This document shows, one piece after another, positions 1 through 7,700 of a DNA stretch of 35,094 bases (its first letter is position 1; each line of letters begins with the position of its first letter). The position numbers and the translations under genes were made by a program. Source of the stretch: Deltaproteobacteria bacterium (GTDB taxonomy: Bacteria; Desulfobacterota; GWC2-55-46). The stretch spans positions 1 to 35,094 of the forward strand of contig JAKAIQ010000001.1 in the NCBI GenBank assembly GCA_021825035.1, read 5' to 3'. The notes below the pieces were generated by a model, which saw only the letters and a program-made list of their open reading frames with translations, was not told the DNA's origin and searched no databases.

Positions 1-272
1 AATACCGCCGCCTTATCCTTGCCTGTTCCGCCCGATGCCGCCGCCGCAGTAGCAACGCCTATCGCGGCCGGTATGAACTCCTTAAGCCCTTCCTCGATAA
101 GCTGTTTGCCGACCGGCAGGAGCACGGAAAGCACCTCGTAGGGTATGTCCTTGAGGTAATACATCACGTTCTCGGCGGCAGTAACCGTACCGTCGCCGTT
201 CGCGTCCTTAACGGGCTTGTCCCAGTTGAAAAGCCCCTTGAGCATCTCGGCACCCGCGTTCAACGTCGCCAT
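1..272 (-). CDS. hypothetical protein, N-terminal part only (runs off left edge); EF-hand-like loop DANGDGTVTAAE
   Basis: Own translation from ATG at 272 is open to the window edge (MATLNAGAEMLKGLFNWDKPVKDANGDGTVTAAEN...). GGGAGGG SD 6 nt upstream. Absent from ORF track because truncated. Confidence 0.5.
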   Translation of the reverse strand, partial: MATLNAGAEMLKGLFNWDKPVKDANGDGTVTAAENVMYYLKDIPYEVLSVLLPVGKQLIEEGLKEFIPAAIGVATAAAASGGTGKDKAAV

Positions 273-274
273 CT

Positions 275-478
275 CTACCCTCCCGTTACCCGCCGCCACA
301 TCTTCCCCAGATACCCCGGCAGGCTCCTGAAATGCCCGGTAATCCGAACGAATACGCCGGGCGTGTTATCTATTTCGCAATCTTGGCCAATCTTATTTGC
401 GTCTTCCAGATTGACCGTCGCCTCCATGCCCAGGTCCTCGCCGTCCTCGTTAAATAATTCGATACGCTTGGTCGGCAT
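275..478 (-). CDS. hypothetical protein (67 aa)
   Basis: ORF track; start overlaps upstream stop (TAATG coupling); same strand as operon. Confidence 0.5.
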   Translation of the reverse strand: MPTKRIELFNEDGEDLGMEATVNLEDANKIGQDCEIDNTPGVFVRITGHFRSLPGYLGKMWRRVTGG

Positions 479-717
479 TACTTCTGCCCCGCCGCTTTGT
501 CGGCATCGGAAAGTGATGCTTGCTTCGTCTGGTCCTCTGATGCAGGCGTCTTATTGGTGAAAAAACCAAGCACCACGACGGCCACGCCTGCGATTATTCC
601 TTCTACTGCCTGGCTCTGGATTATGCCGGGAATATGCACCCCGCACGTCGCGAGTATGGTGAACAGTCCGGCTATGATGCCCGTAATCGTTGTCTTTAAA
701 TCGTGATTTGCGTCCAT
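478..717 (-). CDS. small two-TM membrane protein, holin-like
   Basis: 79 aa. Two hydrophobic helices (TITGIIAGLFTILATCGV, AVEGIIAGVAVVVLGFF) and a charged C-tail. GAGGAGGAG SD upstream. Lies near the lytic transglycosylase. Confidence 0.55.
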   Translation of the reverse strand: MDANHDLKTTITGIIAGLFTILATCGVHIPGIIQSQAVEGIIAGVAVVVLGFFTNKTPASEDQTKQASLSDADKAAGQK

Positions 718-729
718 ATTCTCCTCCTC

Positions 730-932
730 TTAATAAGGCAGTACGTTTACCGCCTTCGGCCCCCTGTCTCCGTCCATGACATCGAACTCCACCTTCTGCC
801 CTTCCGCCAGTGTCTTGCGGCCCTCGCCTGGATTATGTCGCTGAAATGGACGAACACGTCTTTCCCCTCCTCCGGTCGAATGAAGCCGAAGCCCTTCTTG
901 TCGTCAAAGAATACAACCGTTCCTTTCACCAT
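730..932 (-). pseudogene. csp: cold-shock-domain gene interrupted by an apparent 1-nt deletion
   Basis: Frame 1 gives [35 protein letters not shown] (RNP1 KGFGFI, RNP2 VFVHF) and then nonsense. From 828 the -1 frame reads [32 protein letters not shown] (stop 730-732), a normal CSP C-half. Confidence 0.6.
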
Positions 933-1056
933 CTTTTACCTCCTTCCCCTCGTCCTCTGGCACAAACCACGGCTTTGGATTTGCCAAACTTGCCATGTTC
1001 CGGCACCACTCGCATATCGGCGTTCCGTTATTGAAACACTTTATGCAGAGTTCCGT
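904..1056 (-). CDS. possible Cys4 zinc-ribbon peptide without a canonical start codon
   Basis: Own translation [40 protein letters not shown].... AGGAGG SD lies 5 nt before an ACG codon. The frame continues the upstream ORF across its TAG. The only in-frame ATG is at 996. Confidence 0.2.
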   Translation of the reverse strand, partial: TELCIKCFNNGTPICEWCRNMASLANPKPWFVPEDEGKEVKDGERNGCIL

Positions 1057-1065
1057 GTCAGCCTC

Positions 1066-1275
1066 CTACTTTGGGATCATGTGCTCAATAATCATGTCCA
1101 GCTTCTTCTCTATGCGGTCGAAGTTCTTGCCATTATTGTCAGAACACACCTTGCACGTGTCGGTGTAGACCACGCTTTTTTCCAGTTTGTCGAGCCTCTG
1201 CTTAAAACCGACGTAGGCCAGCAATGCGCCCAAGAGACTACCGCCACCGCCGTACCCTACGTTCTCAATGTTCAC
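1066..1275 (-). CDS. small membrane-anchored protein (N-terminal Gly-rich TM, one CxxC)
   Basis: 69 aa; GGGGSLLGALLAYVGF hydrophobic segment; lies in the lysis-proximal block. Confidence 0.55.
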   Translation of the reverse strand: MNIENVGYGGGGSLLGALLAYVGFKQRLDKLEKSVVYTDTCKVCSDNNGKNFDRIEKKLDMIIEHMIPK

Positions 1276-1489
1276 GCCAGCCGCCTTTCGCCTCCTCCGG
1301 TATGACCGCTACCGCCTTGATGCCCTTCGGGCCTTCACCGCCCTCAAACTTCACGCCCTGGCCCTCTGCCAGCGTCCTGCGGCCTCCCATTAGGATTTCC
1401 GCATGGTGGACGAAGTAATCCTTCCCGTCCTCGCCCGCTATGAAGCCATACCCTTTGCTGTCGTTGAACCACTTGACTATGCCTCGCAT
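1265..1489 (-). CDS. csp: cold-shock protein (CspA family), intact
   Basis: MRGIVKWFNDSKGYGFI...DYFVHH contains both RNP motifs; 74 aa. Confidence 0.85.
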   Translation of the reverse strand: MRGIVKWFNDSKGYGFIAGEDGKDYFVHHAEILMGGRRTLAEGQGVKFEGGEGPKGIKAVAVIPEEAKGGWREH

Positions 1490-1505
1490 CTGCCTTCAAC
1501 CTCCT

Positions 1506-1664
1506 TCACTTCACTTTTTTTAGGTTCGGGTTTGCCTTCTTCGCCGAAGCCGAAGCGTTCCTTGTGGAACTCGCGAGGATCGCACCCGCCGCCTGTTTAC
1601 TCACACCTTCCTTTTTTGCGATACTGCTCTGTACTGTCTTGAATCCCGGATGTTTCTTTGACAT
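1506..1664 (-). CDS. small basic protein (52 aa), conserved-phage-like
   Basis: Own translation MSKKHPGFKTVQSSIAKKEGVSKQAAGAILASSTRNASASAKKANPNLKKVK*; GGAGGGAAC SD; below the ORF-track size cut-off. Confidence 0.55.
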   Translation of the reverse strand: MSKKHPGFKTVQSSIAKKEGVSKQAAGAILASSTRNASASAKKANPNLKKVK

Positions 1665-1672
1665 GTTCCCTC

Positions 1673-2017
1673 CTATGCCGAAGTCTCAACCTCGGCGGTT
1701 TTTGCTATTCGCTGTTTGTTATCGGACAGCTTTTCTTTCCACTCTCCCGCATCCTTCTCAACCTCCGGGTTGAAACCCCGGAAGTTCCCCAGGTGTCCAA
1801 CAAACAAATGGCAGTTGACTTCCTTGTTCCCTTCGCAGAGCGCTATCAGGTTGGCTGGGTCAAGCTCCTTGTCCGGGTGCAGATGGAACGGCTTTTTGTG
1901 GTGAGCCTCCAATTTCTTCTTCCCACCGCAGACCGCGCAGGTCTTACCCATGAGAAATACCTTGCGGACTTCTGGCCACTTCGATGAACGCTTATGCTCC
2001 AACGGTTTCTTGTCCAT
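1673..2017 (-). CDS. HNH endonuclease
   Basis: CAVCGG...EAHHKKP...NLIALC...NCH: Cys4 plus the His-Asn-His pattern. Confidence 0.8.
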   Translation of the reverse strand: MDKKPLEHKRSSKWPEVRKVFLMGKTCAVCGGKKKLEAHHKKPFHLHPDKELDPANLIALCEGNKEVNCHLFVGHLGNFRGFNPEVEKDAGEWKEKLSDNKQRIAKTAEVETSA

Positions 2018-2019
2018 CC

Positions 2020-2517
2020 CTAACCCTCTTTCGCCAACTGATGATAGAAATCTAATATCCGCGAGACGTAGTTAATCGTCTGACGGGCGTTGTCGTTGCC
2101 CGTGAACTGGCGCAGGAACGGAGATACGTTGTCCCATATCCGGCTGTCCCTCTTCCCGGCCTCCGCCGCGTCCTGAGCGTCGAAGATATGCCCTTCCCCG
2201 CAGTTGTAGCCAGCGAACGCGAACTTCATGCGCTCTATCCCGTCCTCGCGTTTGAACTGTACCCAAGCCGCCGAAAGCCTCCTTACCCCGGCCTCCACGT
2301 TCTGTTCAGGGTCGAAGGCATCCGTTACCCTGAACTGCTCTATCACGGACGGCATGAGCTGCATCAGGCCCTTCGCGCCGCACGATGAGACCGCCAACGG
2401 GTTGAACGTGGACTCCTGCATTATCTGAGCCTTTATCCAGAGCCAGTCAAGGCCGCGCCACCAGCGGTTCACGGCTTGCTTTATGATGTCGTCGTACTGG
2501 TTTGTCATCTTAATCAC
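2020..2517 (-). CDS. lytic transglycosylase (SLT domain), candidate endolysin
   Basis: QESTFNP (catalytic Glu-Ser), GLMQLMP and AGYNCGEG motifs. Confidence 0.85.
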   Translation of the reverse strand: MIKMTNQYDDIIKQAVNRWWRGLDWLWIKAQIMQESTFNPLAVSSCGAKGLMQLMPSVIEQFRVTDAFDPEQNVEAGVRRLSAAWVQFKREDGIERMKFAFAGYNCGEGHIFDAQDAAEAGKRDSRIWDNVSPFLRQFTGNDNARQTINYVSRILDFYHQLAKEG

Positions 2518-2518
2518 C

Positions 2519-2884
2519 CTATCTCACGTTTATCCATACGTTCGCCTTCTTGCGCGGGACGGTATTCGTCTTCCTGTTGTACTGGAGAAGTATGTTGGTA
2601 GGTGCGCCCTTCGTGGTATCTATGTCGTAGTTCCACGTCTTCGCAGTAGAGTACCCCTGGAGGACGGAGTAGGACGCGCCTCCATTTGTGGATTCCTGGA
2701 TATAAACCGAGCCCGTGGTCGCGTTGTCGAACGTGCCGGATATGGACATGCGGCCGAAGCTGTCCCACGACTTTGTAAATGTCGTGGAGGCCGTCTGGTT
2801 GTTGAACACCTTGTACGGGTCGGCCATCGCCACGGACGCCGAGAGGATGAGCGTTAACACCGCCACTGATACGAGCTTTTTCAT
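2519..2884 (-). CDS. secreted protein with Sec signal peptide
   Basis: MKKLVSVAVLTLILSASVAMA/DP. GGAGGT SD before the internal ATG at 2884, whereas the track start at 2914 lacks an SD. Confidence 0.6.
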   Translation of the reverse strand: MKKLVSVAVLTLILSASVAMADPYKVFNNQTASTTFTKSWDSFGRMSISGTFDNATTGSVYIQESTNGGASYSVLQGYSTAKTWNYDIDTTKGAPTNILLQYNRKTNTVPRKKANVWINVR

Positions 2885-2885
2885 T

Positions 2886-3038
2886 TTACCTCCCCTGTTT
2901 CTTTTTCTCGGCATCCTTCATGTGGAGTAGCCGTACCTGCTTTTCCGCGTTGGCCTTTGTCGAGTTCTTCGCGTGAATGCCCGATGGCCCGGCCACCTGG
3001 AATTTCCCGTTCGGTTTCTTCTTAATTGTATAGGGCAT
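2886..3038 (-). CDS. small basic protein (50 aa)
   Basis: Own translation MPYTIKKKPNGKFQVAGPSGIHAKNSTKANAEKQVRLLHMKDAEKKKQGR*; stop abuts the next start. Confidence 0.45.
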   Translation of the reverse strand: MPYTIKKKPNGKFQVAGPSGIHAKNSTKANAEKQVRLLHMKDAEKKKQGR

Positions 3039-3039
3039 G

Positions 3040-3141
3040 TCAACTCTCCTTTTGCTTGATAGGGATGAGCACCTCGCCGCACGCGGGGCAAATCCCCGTA
3101 TCGGGGTCGTAATGCGCTTTACGGCAGTGGGTGCAGAGCAT
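3040..3141 (-). CDS. 33-aa zinc-ribbon peptide
   Basis: MLCTHCRKAHYDPDTGICPACGEVLIPIKQKES*; GGAGG SD; TGATG coupling at both ends. Confidence 0.4.
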   Translation of the reverse strand: MLCTHCRKAHYDPDTGICPACGEVLIPIKQKES

Positions 3142-3224
3142 CAGAACGCCTCCTTCTTGTCGCCGTCGCTGCACTCAGAGCACGGGGCCATGTCCATCGT
3201 CTTTCCGCCGTGCTTGCAGCCCAT
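3141..3224 (-). CDS. 27-aa Cys-rich peptide
   Basis: MGCKHGGKTMDMAPCSECSDGDKKEAF*; coupled to the downstream peptide; no clear SD. Confidence 0.25.
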   Translation of the reverse strand: MGCKHGGKTMDMAPCSECSDGDKKEAF

Positions 3225-3234
3225 GCAGGGAAAC

Positions 3235-4788
3235 TTAGAAGGTGATTCCATGTTTCTTTCCCGCCTCAATCGCCTCGTCTATTGTGTCGAAAGCATCCGC
3301 CTCGAAGGTAAGCTCTTCCCCTTTAACCATCCCCGCTCTGTCAAGACACTCTTCCTCTATCGCATCGAGATCGTCTCCCATAGCGATAACCGAGCCAACG
3401 TAACTGCCAGCGCAGTTCGGGATTACGGAATATCCCTCCTTCTCCTTCCGGCAGTTTTTGAGCATTACGAACTTGTCTATCTCGGCAGGAACCTCAACGG
3501 GTAGCCAGTGTTTTGCCGCAAAGTCGGACATCAAATTTATCTGTACGCCGAACCTGTGCTTATACTCAAAATCGATAAGCTCGCCATGTGCCAGAGACCA
3601 TACGGCATCCGAGAAGTTGGTCCATTGCTCGCAGCATATCTCGGAAGGTGGACTTGGGAACCTCGCCGTGCAGTCAAGGTAATAGGGCGTGCCATCTTTG
3701 GTTATACGAACCTCATTTGAGTACGCGCCCTGATAGCCGAGTCGCTTAAACTCCGGGGCCATCTTTTCGTGCATGTCAGCCAGTATCTTCGGCAGGGTAT
3801 CGAATACCGCGCCAGCGTATCCCTTGCCTTTTAGTTCATAGCCGACTATGGAATTTTTCGGCAGCTGACCCTCGAACTGGAACGTATCAATCCCAGTTTC
3901 AAACCCATCTATCGGGTCCTCCACCATTATCTTCAGCTTGTCGGCGGCAAGACCGTTCTCCGCCCGCTTTTGGTCGAACCAGCTATCCGACAGAAAGGCA
4001 TCCCTATACTTCGTGGTCTCCGCCGTACCGCGCCAGTAAGAAACCTTCAGGTGCTTGTCTTTCTTGTCTCTGAGGTATCGCTGAACCTCGTCAACTCCCG
4101 TCTTTACGACATCGGGGGCCGTAGCAAGACCGACCTTCTTTAGGGTGTCCTTGAGCTTAACCCTGTCCGTCTCAAGCCTCTCGGATGCAAGCGAACCAAA
4201 CACCTTATAGCCCTTGGAATGCAACCATTCCGGGAGGCTGTCATTATAAACATCGGTGAACATCACCATGTCCACTTTATCGAGGATTTTCCAGAAGCTA
4301 TCCGCCACCTCAAACTCATCGAAGCCCCGGCCTATCTCATCAAGGACTATGCGCGGCGCAGGCTCCACAACATCCAGGAAGTAATATACCTTCCCGAAGT
4401 CCCGACCGAGACGGCGCGGTACATGTTGAAACAGTCCGCGATCAACAACGAGCACCGACTTGGACGTTAAATCTATCTTAGAGATAGAATTAACGTTATT
4501 CTTATCCTTGGGATAGGATTCACGTTCCGCGTCCACGACCACCTTGCCGCGCTTCTTAAGCCAGTCGCGCTCCCGTTCCATGCCCTGAATATCGTCGAAC
4601 ACAACCTTGTCGGCCTTGTTCGCCCAAGGACGCCAGCCGTCTACCCGTTTAACGTCCGCGCTCTCGCCGGGGATATGGACCCCTTTCTTCCGGGTCCAGA
4701 ACCAGACGACGTTGCCCGTGTCCGCCATCTCTTCGGCCTTGCCGTATGCGGCACCGCTATCCGACATGAAAAGAATCTTTGAAGGCAT
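3235..4788 (-). CDS. ATP-grasp superfamily enzyme with PurD (GAR synthetase)-like layout
   Basis: Segments parallel PurD. LETDRVKLKDTLKKVGL is B-domain entry-like. IMVEDPIDGFETG resembles IVIEEFLDGEE. YLDCTARFPSPPSE resembles IEFNCRFGDPE. AAGGAG SD; TAATG coupling to the giant ORF. Confidence 0.7.
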   Translation of the reverse strand: MPSKILFMSDSGAAYGKAEEMADTGNVVWFWTRKKGVHIPGESADVKRVDGWRPWANKADKVVFDDIQGMERERDWLKKRGKVVVDAERESYPKDKNNVNSISKIDLTSKSVLVVDRGLFQHVPRRLGRDFGKVYYFLDVVEPAPRIVLDEIGRGFDEFEVADSFWKILDKVDMVMFTDVYNDSLPEWLHSKGYKVFGSLASERLETDRVKLKDTLKKVGLATAPDVVKTGVDEVQRYLRDKKDKHLKVSYWRGTAETTKYRDAFLSDSWFDQKRAENGLAADKLKIMVEDPIDGFETGIDTFQFEGQLPKNSIVGYELKGKGYAGAVFDTLPKILADMHEKMAPEFKRLGYQGAYSNEVRITKDGTPYYLDCTARFPSPPSEICCEQWTNFSDAVWSLAHGELIDFEYKHRFGVQINLMSDFAAKHWLPVEVPAEIDKFVMLKNCRKEKEGYSVIPNCAGSYVGSVIAMGDDLDAIEEECLDRAGMVKGEELTFEADAFDTIDEAIEAGKKHGITF

Positions 4789-7700
4789 TATTGCTCCTTG
4801 TTAAGTTCTGGATACTCGCCCTTCAGTTCCTCGCGCACCTCGGCACGACCGTCTGCTATGGCGCTACTCCATGCGTCGCGTTTGTCGTCAACGCTCATCG
4901 TGTCGTATCCGGGGCTATACATAAGCTCCCGTACCTTCTGGTATGCCCTCTGTCCGCCCCTGGTAGCATATTGCTCATACTGCTCCGGCGTCAACTTCAC
5001 ACTGCCCATCTTCTGGCCTACCGGGCCGGGCATGAGGCCGATGGACACTATCTCCTTGTCCACGGGGTCGTTCGACTGAGTGGAAATCCAGACTGGAGAG
5101 ACGGCCCTGTAAAGAGCGTTCCCCTCACGCTTGAGCGGTTTTCCCCAAAGGTCGTACCGTGCAGGTAGCGTCTCGGATGCACCGGGAACTTTGCTCTTGA
5201 ACAGACTGAGCATGTCCTTTGCCTCGCGGAGATACGGGTCTTTCAGGTCCGCCACTTCCGATACCGCTCCCGGTATATAAGAGGCGGCGTAGTTCCTGAG
5301 CCAGTACCCGGCTTCATTACTGTCATGCAGGGCTTCCAGTGCGTCCCTGAGACCTTTCGAGTACGTCCTGTCGAGTGCGTTATTCCCTATGGACATGGCG
5401 ATCTTGCCGAACACGTCCTGCGCGTCCGTGACGGAAAGCTGCTTGCCCTGTACGGCGTTTATAGTGTCTACCGTCAGCGCCAGCGGGGTCGCTATCGGCT
5501 CAAGGTTGACATAAGAAAAACGAGTATCGCTCTCCGCTGTAGGCTTGATGCTTTCCGGGGCTATCCCGGCAGTCTTCTCTTTCGTGAACTTCTCTCCAGG
5601 CTTGTTCGCCGGGCTCGCCGTTATGTCTCCGCCCAAAGCCTTGAGCGTGAGATACGCGGACAGGAGCAGGGTGCTCCCAACCGTGGCCTTACCGAAACCT
5701 TCTGCCCATTCGGCCGGAGGCAGGGACTTGTACTTGATGCCGAGACGCGCAAAGTTGAGCGGCGTATGCTCAAGGCCGAATTTTAGGAGGTTTATCTGGG
5801 TATTAAAGAACGGCATTACCTCCTGCAAGGGTTTTGCGCCAAGAACCCGGATGTTTCTGACCGCCGCAACTTTCCTGCTATACGCGCCAAGATTCTGGCC
5901 GAACGTGCGGTACTTGCTTTCATCTGAGGCGCGGGACAGCATATCCTGCGGCGGGTTTTTCAAAAGTTCCGCGGACCTGCCTACGAGGGCATCGCCACGC
6001 TTCCCTTCCATAAACGCCTTCCGGTACGCAAGCGCGTGGAGTTCGGCGGTGTAGTTTATCCCTGCGAAAAAATCGGTAACCGTGCCGAATATGCGGAACG
6101 GTATGCCTATCGCTTCTCCAAGTTTCCCCTTTATCGGGGCCAGTTTCCAGCCAGACTCATCAAATATGTTCGGGTTTTTCATCCTCTCTGGGTTCTTGAG
6201 AGTGGCTAAGCCTTCTTGAGCGCCGAACCTTATCCCGTTAAGCGTGGAGGCTACCTGCCTTCCTGCTTCCGTGGCGAACACCTCCTGTGGCCGGTTCTCT
6301 ATTTTGGAGCGTACGCCCTCTACAACGCCCGCGACGCCGCGCGCGGGAGCCTTGAGCAGCAGTGCCGATGTGTCGCCAAGCGCCTTTTTTGCCCAGGATG
6401 TAGGCCGGGACAACATCGCGTTCCTGCGGATATAGAAGAGTTTGTCCCACCAGTTCGGCTCATTAAGCCCCTTTAATTCCCTGTCAATGGCTTCCGGTTT
6501 AGTCAGGTCTATGCCGCCCATGCGTTCTTGTATCTGCTGCGGGCTGAACCCTTGCCGTTTAAGCACCCTCATTACCTGCTGGACAGCCTTAATCCTGCCC
6601 TGCTCCGAAACATCGGCGGAACTGATCTTGGCCCGCCTTATGGCAAGCTCACGGGCCGTTGACGTACCCATATCGGCATCAAGTCCTATTGCCCGGACCG
6701 CCCGCGCGGTTATCTCGCGTCTCTGCTCCGGTGCCAGGTCGGGCTTGTCAAGCTCCGCCAGGTAGCCGGTAGCGAGCTCCCTGAGCCTGTGCGCGATGGA
6801 TTCCCTGGACGTGCCACTGCCGTTCATGTATTCGGACTCTATATCGCTCAGACTGAGGCCGCTCTTCCGTCCCTCGTCTATCGTGTCTATAAAGGAATGG
6901 GTCTCCTTGTTCTTCAGGTCGGGCTCAAGGACACGCCTTATCGTCTCGTAGGATGCGCTCTGGCTTCGAGGTGTCTCCATGTGCTTTACGAACGTGTCGC
7001 CGGAGGGCGTCATGCCCGTTCCGCCAACCGGGGTATAGCCGCCCATCCTGCCTTGAAGCTCCAACGTCTTAGAAAGCTTCTCTATGTCCACCTTTGACTT
7101 CGCGCCGCTCCTGAAGAGCCTGTACGTCGCGTCGAGGGGTGCCCCCCTCTGCTCGCCCTCAAGCCTGAGCATGGCAAAACGCTCGAAGTCGGCGGCCTTG
7201 ACCTCCGGGTTCTTGCTGCCGAGCGTTGCCTTCGCGGTCTCGGAGAACTTCTTTATCGCCCGCACACCGCTCGGATGCCGCTTCCCGAACTTCGCGTCCG
7301 CGTACTCGCGGTAGAGGTTGCCGAGCTTTTCGGCCGGCAGGTCGGTAAGCGATTTAATGGGCGCGGCAGCCGGGGCGACCGTCTCCTTTTGGACGGATGC
7401 CTCACTGTTGGCAGTTGTGGCCTTTGCCTTATCGAACAGGTTGGGCGCAAGGCCGCCGGTGAACAGGGACCCCTCCTCGCCCGCTTTGGCTGCCGCGCCC
7501 TCTTTCGGGCCCCTTATGGCACTACCCATCTCCGCTTGTGCGCGTTCCTTCGCAAGCTGGCCATCTGAACCTATCGGCTCGTCAAAGATGGAAGGTTTCG
7601 CCTGTTCTGCCAAAAGTGCGTCAGTTTTCTGCTTCCAATAATCTAATCCCTCGCCTGCTGCCTTATACGGCATTTCAACATTCGATGTGGCAAGAGGCCC

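Noticed and set aside
1066-1068. Genome-wide TAG stop-codon reassignment
   Set aside because: All long genes are complete under the standard code. The other TAG-terminated gene (22131-22427) has no meaningful in-frame continuation. Only a local readthrough or a lost start remains possible at this one site.
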